Positions 34,188 through 45,542 of a stretch of DNA of 51,005 nucleotides are shown one piece after another. Origin of the DNA: Luminiphilus sp. GTDB lineage: Bacteria; Pseudomonadota; Gammaproteobacteria; Pseudomonadales; Halieaceae. The DNA lies in contig JAYNNB010000003.1 in the NCBI GenBank assembly GCA_038112515.1, positions 1 to 51,005 of the forward strand, given 5' to 3'. The notes under the pieces are model-generated. The model ran no database searches. It was not told the origin of the DNA and saw only the letters and a list, made by a program, of their open reading frames with translations. A program made the translations under genes and the position numbers. The first letter of the stretch is position 1, and each line of letters opens with the position of its first letter.

Positions 34188-35147
34188 TCACGGTGGATCA
34201 AGAAGCCAAAAGTAATAGCCTACATAACAGATCAACAGCACACACCCCGTGCCGCGTCTCAGTTCTCCAAGGCCCTTGACTTGATTCCAACCCCATAACG
34301 CAGCGAGTGCAAGCAGGAGAGTTGTGAGAAATACCGCGGCGAGGTCTCTCGAGAGCACCTCCGGGGCCAAAATCAAATTGCCCCACAAACCGGGTATCGC
34401 AAGTACTAGAAGGATATTGAACATGTTGGAGCCCACGACCGCACCGATAGCCATGTCGGCATGTCCTTTTACCGCGCTCATGACTGATGCCGCGAGTTCG
34501 GGGAGGCTGGTGCCAACCGCCACGATAGTCAGTCCAATAATCAGCTCAGAAACGCCCAGCGCCGTTGCTATCTGAGTGGCAGACCATACCAAAACGCGTG
34601 AGGAAACAATCAGTAATAAAAGTCCGCCAGAAAACGACAGCCAAGCGCGCGTCGCCGAGAGATCAGGAATAACGGGCGCCACGTCTTCTCCCTCGGGATC
34701 CTTAACATGCTGGGCAATTCTGATGAAGAAGAGGCTCAGCGCACACAAGAGCCAAATACTGTCAGAGCGGGACAGTTCGAGATCCCACAACAGCCAGGCC
34801 GTAAATAAAACGGAGGCGATCAGTAGCGGCAAATCGATGAAAGTCGTTCCTCGGCGGATCGCGATTGGGGCGATGAGAAGGGTGACGCCGAGCACTAGGC
34901 CGATATTTGCAATGTTAGAGCCCAGGGCGTTACCCACTGCGAGATCTCCCGAGCCGGCCAGCACAGACATAATCGAGATGAGAATTTCCGGTGAGGACGT
35001 CCCTACTGAAACAACAGTCAATCCGATGAGCATTGGGGTCAGGCCTGCGCGTTGAGCGATAGCGGAAGCGCCATCTACAAACCGATCGGCACTCCACACG
35101 AGGGCCGCTAACCCGCCTGCGATTATGGCCATATAACCCAGTAACAT
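34188..35147 (-). CDS. yrbG: Ca2+/Na+ antiporter (YrbG family)
   Basis: Two alpha repeats: GTSSPE...GNALGSNIAN and GTSLPEL...GSNMFN. Confidence 0.93.
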   Translation of the reverse strand: MLLGYMAIIAGGLAALVWSADRFVDGASAIAQRAGLTPMLIGLTVVSVGTSSPEILISIMSVLAGSGDLAVGNALGSNIANIGLVLGVTLLIAPIAIRRGTTFIDLPLLIASVLFTAWLLWDLELSRSDSIWLLCALSLFFIRIAQHVKDPEGEDVAPVIPDLSATRAWLSFSGGLLLLIVSSRVLVWSATQIATALGVSELIIGLTIVAVGTSLPELAASVMSAVKGHADMAIGAVVGSNMFNILLVLAIPGLWGNLILAPEVLSRDLAAVFLTTLLLALAALWGWNQVKGLGELRRGTGCVLLICYVGYYFWLLDPP

Positions 35148-35387
35148 TATTTCACCTGCTCCCTTATCGCGCGCGGGTAGTCCACTCGCTGATCGGGTAT
35201 CATCTGCACCTTAATGGATCGAGGTTGTCCACCATTTCCAGTGTTGCCGGTTTGCTACCCGAGAGGCCCGAACCCAGCGTATGCAGTCTACCGCAGTCCA
35301 CCGTCAGGCGCGTTGCGGCCATCCTACTAATGGGTTTGGGATGCAGAAGGTGGTGGTCGATCTTAAAATGAACGAATGGAGGAATTC

Positions 35388-36072
35388 GTGAAGCGCAGAA
35401 TACTTTGGCTGGCCGCCACGTTCAGTTGCATGCTCGTGGCAACATGGAGTGTTGCCCAGTCAGCCCAAACACCGCAGTCGCTCGCAGGGCCCGCCGAGGT
35501 TATTACCGACGTTACCCAGCGCATTATGGATGTGGTTGCGGAGGCGAATACCTACTTTGATGAGGATCCGGATCGTTATTTTAATGCGATTGATGAAGTT
35601 TTAGCAGACTTGGTTGACTGGCGCGGTTTCGCGACCGCTGTCATGGGAGATTATTACAGCCGGGGTCGATCTCTCGATGCGGAAGGTCAGGCGACGTTGA
35701 AGGCTCAGCGGGATCGGTTCGCGGGCACCCTCCGGGAGGGGCTGATTCGTAGCTATGCAAAGGGGCTTTTAGCCTTTGGTGGCGCCAATATGGAAGTGCA
35801 AGGTGTCGAAGCCTCACCCCAGAGCGCGCGCATTGCGTCGGTGACACAGCTGGTTTACGGCGAGGCGGATCGCGTTTATACCATTCGCTATCAGATGGGA
35901 CAGTACAAAGACGGCAACTGGCGCCTGCGAAACCTCATCATAGAAACGATCAATCTTGGCGAAATTTACCGGAACCAGTTTTCAGCGCTCGCGATAGCGG
36001 CGAACGACGACCTTGATCGAGTGATCGACGAGTGGAACGTAGCCGTCGCCGATCAATATGAGGAGGCGGACA

Positions 36073-36080
<8 letters not shown>
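35388..36080 (+). CDS. mlaC: MlaC/Ttg2D-family periplasmic phospholipid-binding protein
   Basis: Signal peptide, VD...A..VMG.Y, F...L..SY, W...N..IE.INLG..YRNQF; GTG 35388 behind GGAGG (alternative ATG 35376). Confidence 0.85.
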
Positions 36081-37579
<1,499 letters not shown>

Positions 37580-37597
37580 TCCTTCAGTGAATACCGT

Positions 37598-38248
37598 ATG
37601 AATATCGAGCACAACCTCACTATTGCGCTGACCAAAGGCCGTATTCTTGGCGAGACGCTTCCGCTTCTCGCCGCTGTGGGTATTGAGCCCACTGAGCCGT
37701 TGGAGTCGAGCAGAAAATTGATTATCCCTACGAGTATCCCGAGCGTTCGCCTCGTGGTGCTCCGGGGTTCCGACGTCCCCACCTATGTCCGCCATGGGGC
37801 GGCCGACGTTGGGATTGCGGGGAAGGACATGTTGCTGGAGTTCGGTGGTGCCGGGATTTATGAGCCGCTGGATCTTGGCATTGCACGGTGCCGGTTGATG
37901 ACCGCTGCCCCCAAGGGTCGATCCCCTCTGGCTAAGTCTCGAAGAATTCGCGTGGCGACTAAATTTTTAAATGTCGCTCGCGCGCACTATGCCCAGAGGG
38001 GCGTTCACGCGGATCTCATCAAGCTCTATGGTTCCATGGAACTGGCTCCACTCATGGGACTGGCTGATGAAATCGTTGATATTGTCGATACGGGAAAGAC
38101 ATTGGAAGAAAACGGCATGGAAGCGCTTGAGGAGATTGCCGCGATATCTTCCCGGTTAATCGTCAATAAGGCGGCCATGCGAACACGGCACAGCTCGGTT
38201 ATGGCACTTATTGACGGCCTGGCCTCTGTGCTCCGGGAGCGGGAGTAG
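37598..38248 (+). CDS. hisG: ATP phosphoribosyltransferase, short form (HisZ-dependent)
   Basis: [40 protein letters not shown]; 216 aa with no C-terminal regulatory domain. Confidence 0.96.
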   Translation: MNIEHNLTIALTKGRILGETLPLLAAVGIEPTEPLESSRKLIIPTSIPSVRLVVLRGSDVPTYVRHGAADVGIAGKDMLLEFGGAGIYEPLDLGIARCRLMTAAPKGRSPLAKSRRIRVATKFLNVARAHYAQRGVHADLIKLYGSMELAPLMGLADEIVDIVDTGKTLEENGMEALEEIAAISSRLIVNKAAMRTRHSSVMALIDGLASVLRERE

Positions 38249-39562
38249 GTGAGCGTGGATAACCAGTATCTCGCCAGATTAGATGCCTCTGATGACGGGT
38301 TTAACCATGCGTTTGCGCGCCTGATGATTGCGCCAGCGCAAGCTGACGCTACCTTGGTGACAACGGTTTCAGACATTCTCGCGGCGGTTGCGAGAGAGGG
38401 CGATGAGGCGGTGTTGCGCTTCACCAATGAATTCGATGCGCGTCAGGCGACCGACATGTTACAGCTAACGCTGAATAGCGAGGATCTGGCGGCTGCAGAG
38501 GCGACCATTGATCGGCATATCCTTGACGCGCTCTCTGCTGCGGCCGAGCGGATCCGGGATTTTCATGCAAGACAGCTCGCCGCCAGCTGGCAGTTTGAAG
38601 ATGCTGACGGCAGCGTCCTGGGGCAACGTGTTTCGGCATTGGACCGCGTCGGTATCTATGTGCCGGGTGGTAAGGCCAGCTACCCGTCGTCGGTGTTGAT
38701 GAATGCGATGCCAGCTCAGGTGGCAGGGGTCAACGAAATTGTCATGGTCGCGCCCGCGCCGCAAGGCCAGATCAATCCAGTGGTGCTGGCAGCCGCGAGT
38801 CTTGCCGGTGTAAACGAGGTTTATACCATTGGCGGTGCGCAGGCCATCGCCGCACTTGCTTATGGTACGGAAACCATCCGCGGGGTCGATAAGATCGTTG
38901 GGCCGGGTAACCGATATGTTGCCGAAGCCAAGAGACAGGTGTTCGGGCGGGTGGGTATCGATATGGTCGCGGGTCCCTCGGAAATCCTGATCATAGCCGA
39001 CGGCTCTGTCGACCCCAAATGGGTAACGTTGGATCTGTTTGCGCAGGCCGAACATGATGAATTTGCGCAAGCTGTGCTGGTGTCGCCCGATGACGCCTAT
39101 CTGGACGCAATATCTGCATTGATTGCAGAACAGTTGCCGCTGATGGCGCGACAGGCAGTGATTGCCAAATCGCTGAAAAATCGCGGCGCTCTGATCAAAG
39201 TGCCTGATCTGGATGCAGCAGTGCGGCTCAGCAATCAACTGGCGCCTGAACATTTGGAGTTGGCCGTGAGTGAGCCGAGAGCCTTGCTGAACAGCGTCAC
39301 CGCGGCAGGCGCGATATTTCTGGGCGCCATGTCCTCAGAGGCGCTCGGAGATTATTGCGCAGGACCCAACCACGTGTTGCCCACGGCCGGTTCAGCCCGT
39401 TTTGCGTCACCGCTTGGGGTTTACGATTTTCAGCGGCGTAGCAGCTTGATAGAGATTTCTGCGGGTGGCTCTCAGTCGCTCGGTGCAATAGCGACAACGT
39501 TAGCGGAGACTGAGTCGCTACAGGCCCACGGGCTCAGTGCCCGCGCGAGAATGCAGTCGTAG
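38249..39562 (+). CDS. hisD: Histidinol dehydrogenase
   Basis: YVPGGKASYPSSVLM, GPGN.YV, AGPSE, QAEHD, APEHLEL, GPNHVLPT. Confidence 0.97.
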   Translation: MSVDNQYLARLDASDDGFNHAFARLMIAPAQADATLVTTVSDILAAVAREGDEAVLRFTNEFDARQATDMLQLTLNSEDLAAAEATIDRHILDALSAAAERIRDFHARQLAASWQFEDADGSVLGQRVSALDRVGIYVPGGKASYPSSVLMNAMPAQVAGVNEIVMVAPAPQGQINPVVLAAASLAGVNEVYTIGGAQAIAALAYGTETIRGVDKIVGPGNRYVAEAKRQVFGRVGIDMVAGPSEILIIADGSVDPKWVTLDLFAQAEHDEFAQAVLVSPDDAYLDAISALIAEQLPLMARQAVIAKSLKNRGALIKVPDLDAAVRLSNQLAPEHLELAVSEPRALLNSVTAAGAIFLGAMSSEALGDYCAGPNHVLPTAGSARFASPLGVYDFQRRSSLIEISAGGSQSLGAIATTLAETESLQAHGLSARARMQS

Positions 39563-39569
39563 ATGTAGC

Positions 39570-40673
39570 TCAGCCGACCTTAGCGCGGGTGCCTACCACG
39601 GCCTCCAACTCGACCACTTCACCGTCGCGATCAAGGCTGACTCGCAACAAATGTCCGGGTCGTAGGCGCGCGATCTGCAACATGGCTTTGCGCCCATCGA
39701 CAACCGGCTCGCCGTCAAGTGACGAGATAATGTCGTTTAGTCTGATGCCCGCTCTCTCGGCGGGTCCTCCAGCGGCGAGATCAGTAACGATCAGCTGCTG
39801 GACGAGGGATCCAGACGGCCCCTCTGTCAATAAGACGTCTACGCTCACTCCCAGCCAGCCGCGAATGACGCTCCCATACTGCACTATGTCATTGAGCACG
39901 GAGGCCGCTAGGTCGCTGGGAGTCGCCAGATTGATTCCGATTCCTGGCGTCTCGCTTCTCGCATCATTGCCGGCTGTGTAAATCAGGGTATTGATGCCAA
40001 TCAGTCTCCCTGTGCTGTCGATGAGCGCGCCCCCTGAACTCCCGAGGTGGATCGTGGCATCTGTCTGGATATAGTCTTCGTAAGTGGACAGCTGAAGTCC
40101 AAATCGGCCGATACCGGATATGACGCCTTGCGAGACTGAATGACCAAATCCGTAGGGATTTCCGATAGCCAGCACGACATCGCCGACAGCGACTTCCTGT
40201 GCATTGGCTATTCGGATGGGCGTCAGATCGGTGAGTCCAATCTGTAACACGGCAAGATCAGTGTCCGGGTCGGTGCCGACGACGGAAGCGTTGGCGGACC
40301 GGCCGTCTGCGAGCAGAACTTGAATCGCATCCGCGCCGGCAATAACGTGGTTATTGGTAACGATATACCCGTCCGGGGACAGAATGACGCCAGATCCGAG
40401 TGATCGTTCGATGCGTTGGGTGCTCCCCTGATTGGAGCGGAATCGTCTGAGGATCGGGGAGTTCAAGCGCGGATCTCTGCGAGTATCAACTAACTTTGCG
40501 GTGTAGATGTTGACGACGGAGGGCGTAGCCAGTGCAACGGCGTCCCGATAGCCGTTCCGAGAGACTACATCGGCCGGATCAGTCTCTTCTAGCACCCACT
40601 TATCCAAGATGAGCATCGCTGCCAGAACGCCAACCAGCGCGGGCCAAATCAGTGTAAGTAGATCGTTTTTCAA
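39570..40673 (-). CDS. algW: DegS/AlgW-like trypsin serine protease with one PDZ domain
   Basis: N-terminal TM, SLGSGVI, TNNHVI, DLAVL, IQTDA.I..GSSGGAL, RGWLGV PDZ; position after hisD. Confidence 0.88.
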   Translation of the reverse strand: MKNDLLTLIWPALVGVLAAMLILDKWVLEETDPADVVSRNGYRDAVALATPSVVNIYTAKLVDTRRDPRLNSPILRRFRSNQGSTQRIERSLGSGVILSPDGYIVTNNHVIAGADAIQVLLADGRSANASVVGTDPDTDLAVLQIGLTDLTPIRIANAQEVAVGDVVLAIGNPYGFGHSVSQGVISGIGRFGLQLSTYEDYIQTDATIHLGSSGGALIDSTGRLIGINTLIYTAGNDARSETPGIGINLATPSDLAASVLNDIVQYGSVIRGWLGVSVDVLLTEGPSGSLVQQLIVTDLAAGGPAERAGIRLNDIISSLDGEPVVDGRKAMLQIARLRPGHLLRVSLDRDGEVVELEAVVGTRAKVG

Positions 40674-40748
40674 GGTGCCCTCCGGCCCCCATTGTAAATC
40701 ATGCCGGGCAGGTTATTCTCATACTTCGTCTCCGAGGTTTTCTCGTCC

Positions 40749-41504
40749 ATGCCGTGTACCCGTCAAGATCTAACAGGCTATCTGGATGCGTTGCTGTTGC
40801 CCCAGAATTATCAAGACTATTGCCCAAACGGGCTTCAAGTTGAGGGTAAAACGCCGATTCACCATTTGGTGACGGGTGTGACGGCTTGTCAGGCATTGAT
40901 CGACGCTGCCGTTGAAGCTCGGGCAGACGCGATTTTGGTCCATCATGGCTTTTTTTGGCGGTCGGAGGCTCCTCAGGTTGTCGGCATGAAGGCGCAAAGG
41001 CTCCGAGCGTTGATGATCAACGAGGTCAATCTGTTCGCCTACCACCTGCCGCTGGACTGCCATCCTGAGCTGGGTAACAACGCGCAATTGGGACGATTGA
41101 TGGACGTTCGTGAGTCGACTTATCTCGATCCTTCTGATCCGTCATTGCCCGTGTTCTGCGGAGAGTTAAAACAGGCTGTACCCATTGATTCTTTTGCGGA
41201 GAGGCTTTCTTCCGAGCTGGACCGTGAGCTTCTCGTCGAAGGGGATGGTCCGGTGCAAAAGATCGCATGGTGCACGGGCGCCGGACAAAACTATATCGAC
41301 AAGGCTGCAGACGCGGGCGCGGACCTTTATGTGACGGGGGAGGTCTCCGAACAGACCATTCACATCGCCAGAGAACGTGGTATCGGTTTTGTGGCGGCGG
41401 GCCATCACGCTACCGAGCGCTTCGGCGTTCAGGCGGTCGGCGAGCAGGTCGCCACGGATCTGGGCGTTACGCACGAATATATTGATATCGACAACCCGGC
41501 GTGA
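40749..41504 (+). CDS. Nif3-like dinuclear metal-centre hexameric protein
   Basis: DYCPNGLQVEG, LVHHG, YHLPLD.HPELGNN, AGHHATERFG. Confidence 0.94.
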   Translation: MPCTRQDLTGYLDALLLPQNYQDYCPNGLQVEGKTPIHHLVTGVTACQALIDAAVEARADAILVHHGFFWRSEAPQVVGMKAQRLRALMINEVNLFAYHLPLDCHPELGNNAQLGRLMDVRESTYLDPSDPSLPVFCGELKQAVPIDSFAERLSSELDRELLVEGDGPVQKIAWCTGAGQNYIDKAADAGADLYVTGEVSEQTIHIARERGIGFVAAGHHATERFGVQAVGEQVATDLGVTHEYIDIDNPA

Positions 41505-41505
41505 C

Positions 41506-41958
41506 TCAGGCGGCGCTGCTATTAGATTTATCCAGCCCAAAAGTTTCTGATAACTGTCCCTGCTCGTCTGGCTTTTTGGGTGCATAGTCCAGTGGCTGCG
41601 CCACGTCTGCCCATTGCGCTGGATCTCCCGCTTGGTCGCTCGGGGCGTTCAAAGCGGCGGCCGAGAGGCTGATCTGATCTCCGCACAGCTGATCTGCGCC
41701 CTTTGCGAGGTGCGAGTAGACGGCTCGATAGTCATCAGTCAGTTTGTGCAGTAGCTCCGCGGTTTGCGCAAAGTGTTCAGTGACCTCAGCCTCGTAGTCC
41801 GCCCGACTCTGGCGTGCTTGATCAAGTTGATTTTCGAGATCCATGATCACGCGGCGCTTGTTGTCGCTCCGAGAATTGAGCGCCAGATACCAACCGATGC
41901 CCGCCCCGATGAAGCCACCTAGAACGAGTGGGATGATCAAGTTTGTCGCAGACTCCAT
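41506..41958 (-). CDS. zapG: YhcB/ZapG family (DUF1043) membrane-anchored protein
   Basis: N-terminal TM, coiled coil, V.EHF..TA.LL..LT.DY..VY.HLA.GA, PLDYAPK. Confidence 0.88.
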   Translation of the reverse strand: MESATNLIIPLVLGGFIGAGIGWYLALNSRSDNKRRVIMDLENQLDQARQSRADYEAEVTEHFAQTAELLHKLTDDYRAVYSHLAKGADQLCGDQISLSAAALNAPSDQAGDPAQWADVAQPLDYAPKKPDEQGQLSETFGLDKSNSSAA

Positions 41959-42241
41959 GTCTTTCCTTGTAGGTTCGCTCCGCGGAGGGCTTCTTTCCGA
42001 CGTCTTGCGCCGATTCCAACGGCAATGCCCCCGCCTCTCGCGCCATTGTACTGCATGGGTCAGAAGACGTCGCCTGTCCGAAGTGGGTTTCTGCCGCGTT
42101 TCAGTTTGCCCCGGGCGGGCTTAGTGAAGATCTTTTCGGTGTGCTAGCTCGTACAGCAAGTTGGTTGTCACTGTGCCCTTTCGATAATCATAGGGCCTTG
42201 GCATGGTAGGCTTGGCGTTGAAATAATCCGCGCGTTTTGTC

Positions 42242-43348
42242 ATGACACACCCACTTTCTCCCAAGGAGCGCTACGAGCGCGACCTGCACTCCGGCTTGTT
42301 GCTGGAGGACGAGGCGCAGGCGATCGCGGTCGCTCAGCTGGACGACCTTTTTCACCGTTTGCGCGCGCGCGAAGCGTTAGAGCAAAAATTTTTGTCGCGG
42401 GTCAGGCGTCGCTTTGTTGGGACAGTCACGCCAGAGCAGGGTCTCTACATCTGGGGCGGGGTGGGGCGCGGTAAAACGCACTTCATGGACATGTTTTTTG
42501 AAAGTCTGGACTTTGATCGAAAGCTTCGGGTGCATTTTCACCGTTTTATGCAGCGCATTCACGCAGCGCTAACGGTATATGGCGGAGAGAAGGACCCGCT
42601 GGAAATGGTCGCCAAAGATATCGCTGACGAGGCCTTGGTGCTGTGTTTCGACGAGTTCTTTGTGAGTGACATCGGCGATGCCATGATTCTCGCGGGATTG
42701 ATTGATGCGTTGATGCGACGCGGCGTGACGCTGGTGGCAACCTCCAACATTCCGCCGACCGATTTATATCGCGACGGTTTGCAGCGCAGTCGATTTTTGC
42801 CTGCTATTGCGTTGCTGGAGGAGCACCTGACTGTCCTCCACCTGGAATCAGAGACTGATTATCGGTTCAGGACGCTCCAGCGAGCTGACCTTTGGCACAT
42901 TCCGCATGACGCCGCCGCGAGTAAAGCGCTGGCGGACTACTTTATTTCCCTGACCGGTCAAGAGGTTTTCGAGGCACGGCAATTGGAAATCAATCGCCGG
43001 CTAGTGCCTGCGAGGGCGGCTGTACAGGGTGTGGCGTGGTTCGATTTTCATACCCTATGTGAGGAAGCGCGAAGTGCGGCGGATTTCGTGGAAATCGCGC
43101 GGGAGTATCACACCGTGTTGTTGGAGCAGATCCCCTTCTTAAGCAGAGAAAAGGAGGATGCCGCCCGCCGTTTCATTAATCTTGTGGACGAGTTCTATGA
43201 TCGGCGAGTGAAGTTGATTACGACAGCCACGGCGAACCCGGAGGCAATTTATGGGGGTAACCGGCTTCGATTCGAGTTCGAGCGGACTGTGTCGCGGTTG
43301 CAGGAAATGCGCACGCGCGAGTACCTGCAGGCAGAGCACCATCCCTAG
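42242..43348 (+). CDS. zapE: Cell division ATPase ZapE (AFG1 family)
   Basis: GLYIWGGVGRGKT, HFHRFM, CFDEFFV.DI.DAM, ATSN, RRFINLVDEFYD. Confidence 0.95.
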   Translation: MTHPLSPKERYERDLHSGLLLEDEAQAIAVAQLDDLFHRLRAREALEQKFLSRVRRRFVGTVTPEQGLYIWGGVGRGKTHFMDMFFESLDFDRKLRVHFHRFMQRIHAALTVYGGEKDPLEMVAKDIADEALVLCFDEFFVSDIGDAMILAGLIDALMRRGVTLVATSNIPPTDLYRDGLQRSRFLPAIALLEEHLTVLHLESETDYRFRTLQRADLWHIPHDAAASKALADYFISLTGQEVFEARQLEINRRLVPARAAVQGVAWFDFHTLCEEARSAADFVEIAREYHTVLLEQIPFLSREKEDAARRFINLVDEFYDRRVKLITTATANPEAIYGGNRLRFEFERTVSRLQEMRTREYLQAEHHP

Positions 43349-43368
43349 TTCGCGGTATAAATTAACGG

Positions 43369-43403
43369 TTGAAAGGGCCATGGGTCTCCAGTAACATCCG
43401 CGC
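43369..43403 (+). promoter_or_regulatory. Sigma-70 promoter of rplM-rpsI with GC-rich discriminator
   Basis: TTGAAA-17 nt-TAACAT followed by CCGCGC. Confidence 0.65.
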
Positions 43404-43432
43404 TCCGTAATTTTGCCTTCGGGGCATGGGTC

Positions 43433-43861
43433 ATGAAAACATATAGCGCCAAGGCCGGCGACATCCAGCACGATTGGTTTGTTGTTGATGCCGAAGACAA
43501 GACGCTCGGGCGGCTCGCCACAGAGATTGCCCACCGCTTGCGAGGCAAGCATAAGCCAGAATATACGCCACACATGGATATGGGTGACTACATCGTAGTG
43601 GTGAACTGCGAGAAGATCCGCGTGACGGGCGCCAAGCGCACAGACAAGCAGTATTATCATCACACCGGATTCCCGGGTGGTATCAAGTCAGCAAGCTTTG
43701 AAAAGCTGATCGATCGGGCGCCCGAGCGCGTGATACAGCGAGCCGTCAAGGGCATGATGCCGCGGAGTCCGCTGGGACGTGCGATGCTTAAAAAGCTCAA
43801 GGTCTATGCGGGGCCAGCGCACCCACACGCGGCGCAGCAACCGCAGCCATTGACGGTCTGA
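43433..43861 (+). CDS. rplM: 50S ribosomal protein L13
   Basis: [36 protein letters not shown]. Confidence 0.98.
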   Translation: MKTYSAKAGDIQHDWFVVDAEDKTLGRLATEIAHRLRGKHKPEYTPHMDMGDYIVVVNCEKIRVTGAKRTDKQYYHHTGFPGGIKSASFEKLIDRAPERVIQRAVKGMMPRSPLGRAMLKKLKVYAGPAHPHAAQQPQPLTV

Positions 43862-43871
43862 GGAGGCCCTG

Positions 43872-44264
43872 ATGTCTACAGCTCAATACTACGGAACCGG
43901 CAGGCGCAAGACGTCCACTGCCCGCGTATTTTTGCGGACGGGAACAGGTAATATTGTGATTAACGGTCGTCCCATTGACGAATATTTTGGCCGCGAAGTC
44001 GCCCGCATGATTGTTCGTCAACCGCTCGAGTTGACCGAAAACTCGGGTACTTTTGATGCCAATGTTACGGTTTCCGGTGGCGGTAGTTTTGGTCAGGCAG
44101 GCGCCATTCGTCACGGTTTGACGCGCGCACTTTTGGATTACGACGAGAGCCTGCGTGGCGCATTGCGCGCTGCAGGCTATGTGACGCGGGATGCAAGGGA
44201 AGTCGAGCGGAAGAAGGTCGGGCTGAGAAAGGCACGTCGTCGTCCGCAGTTCTCAAAGCGCTAA
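43872..44264 (+). CDS. rpsI: 30S ribosomal protein S9
   Basis: [38 protein letters not shown]. Confidence 0.98.
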   Translation: MSTAQYYGTGRRKTSTARVFLRTGTGNIVINGRPIDEYFGREVARMIVRQPLELTENSGTFDANVTVSGGGSFGQAGAIRHGLTRALLDYDESLRGALRAAGYVTRDAREVERKKVGLRKARRRPQFSKR

Positions 44265-44285
44265 GATCGGTCGCAAGGATCTCGG

Positions 44286-44311
44286 AAGCCCGCGTCATGC
44301 GGGCTTTTTTT
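44286..44311 (+). terminator. Rho-independent terminator after rpsI
   Basis: AAGCCCGC-GTCAT-GCGGGCTT followed by a T run. Confidence 0.9.
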
Positions 44312-44407
44312 ATGATTTGAAAGCGGAGGCTGTCCGCTAGGGCAGGCGCTGGAAACGGCGGCGGAGGCTGCGATAGGCTGGCGCTTGGGCCGACAGGGGA
44401 GAACCGC

Positions 44408-44731
44408 GTGCACTATGGCTATCTGTTGATTGCGGTGGTACTGGAGGTCTGCGGGACCTTATTGCTGCCGGCCAGCCAGAATTTCACCCGGCCGGCCCCT
44501 ACGGTGGGGCTGGTGGTCTGTTACGCGGCAGCTTTTTATTGTTTGACATTTGCACTGAGCGTATTGCCGGTCGCCGTTGTCTACGCGACCTGGTCGGCGC
44601 TCGGCATATTTCTCATCACCCTGATGGGCTATTTGATTTTGGATCAAGCGCTGGAATGGCGGGCCTGGGTAGGGCTGGCACTGATTGTGATGGGGGTCAT
44701 GCTGGTGAATATTTATGGCCCAGAGCGCTAA
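44408..44731 (+). CDS. SMR (EmrE/Qac-like) small multidrug transporter
   Basis: 107 aa, four hydrophobic helices, conserved membrane Glu (LEVCGT), YATWSALG; GTG start with GGGGAG SD. Confidence 0.9.
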   Translation: MHYGYLLIAVVLEVCGTLLLPASQNFTRPAPTVGLVVCYAAAFYCLTFALSVLPVAVVYATWSALGIFLITLMGYLILDQALEWRAWVGLALIVMGVMLVNIYGPER

Positions 44732-44783
44732 TTTTCTAGGAGTGACAGCCTGAGCGCTTCAAGCCGAGATGTTGCATTTCAAC

Positions 44784-44812
44784 TTGCTGGGGCCATGCGT
44801 GACCATTACACT
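44784..44812 (+). promoter_or_regulatory. Putative sigma-70 promoter of the pet operon
   Basis: TTGCTG-17 nt-TACACT followed by a GC-rich stretch. Confidence 0.5.
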
Positions 44813-44921
44813 TCGCGCCCTATATCAATCTTGTCTTGCCCCCACAGCGACGATGTCAATTCGGGGAGCTCGCTTGGAAACGATTCACTACAGTCGCCGG
44901 CGCACTGGGAGACTCAACAAT

Positions 44922-45542
44922 ATGACCGATAATGCTGAAACACACGACGTTACCGCTGATAGTAGCCAGACCCGACGACGATTTTTAACCGCTGCGACCT
45001 CTGCGGTGGGTATTGGTGGGGTGGCCGGTGTGGCGGTGCCGTTTCTGGGCTCTTGGAACCCCTCGGAAAAAGCCAAAGCGGCCGGAGCGCCGGTGCGTGC
45101 CGATATCAGCAAACTTGAGCCTGGCCAGATGGTGGTGATTGAGTGGCGGGGCAAGCCGGTCTATGTGCTCAGGCGCACACCGGAGCAGGTCGCTGGTCTG
45201 GCGACGCTCAACGATGACCTCAAGGATCCCCAATCTGAATCCTCCGCCCAACCCGACTACATCGCGGGAGAGGGCCGAGCCATTAACGAGGAGTTTTTGG
45301 TGATTGTGGGGCTGTGTACGCATTTGGGGTGTGCCCCAAAGTTTAGACCGGAGGTTGGTGCAACAGATCTGGGTGGTGATGAGTGGCTGGGCGGTTTCTT
45401 TTGTCCTTGCCACGGCTCGAAGTTTGATTTGGCAGGCCGGGTTTATAAGGGTGTTCCAGCGTCGGCGAATCTGGAAATCCCCCCTTACACATTTGAGAAC
45501 GATAACGTCTTGGTTATCGGCGTCGACGCGGAGGCAGTGTAA
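44922..45542 (+). CDS. petA: Ubiquinol-cytochrome c reductase Rieske Fe-S subunit
   Basis: Tat motif TRRRFL, CTHLGC, CPCHGS; ATG 44922 behind GGGAG. Confidence 0.97.
   Translation: MTDNAETHDVTADSSQTRRRFLTAATSAVGIGGVAGVAVPFLGSWNPSEKAKAAGAPVRADISKLEPGQMVVIEWRGKPVYVLRRTPEQVAGLATLNDDLKDPQSESSAQPDYIAGEGRAINEEFLVIVGLCTHLGCAPKFRPEVGATDLGGDEWLGGFFCPCHGSKFDLAGRVYKGVPASANLEIPPYTFENDNVLVIGVDAEAV

Noticed and set aside
35148-35387. yybP-ykoY, Na+ or Li+ riboswitch upstream of yrbG, and a 38-codon Pro-rich ORF (ATG about 35214)
   Set aside because: The riboswitch consensus elements are not recognisable; the small ORF has no SD or homology cue
44312-44407. Guanidine riboswitch upstream of the SMR gene (CGCTAGGG resembles the ykkC start)
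   Set aside because: Lacks the GGUUCCG continuation, the 3' AAAAGCCCGGGAG element and the twin ACGR loops; the protein looks EmrE/Qac-like rather than Gdx-like
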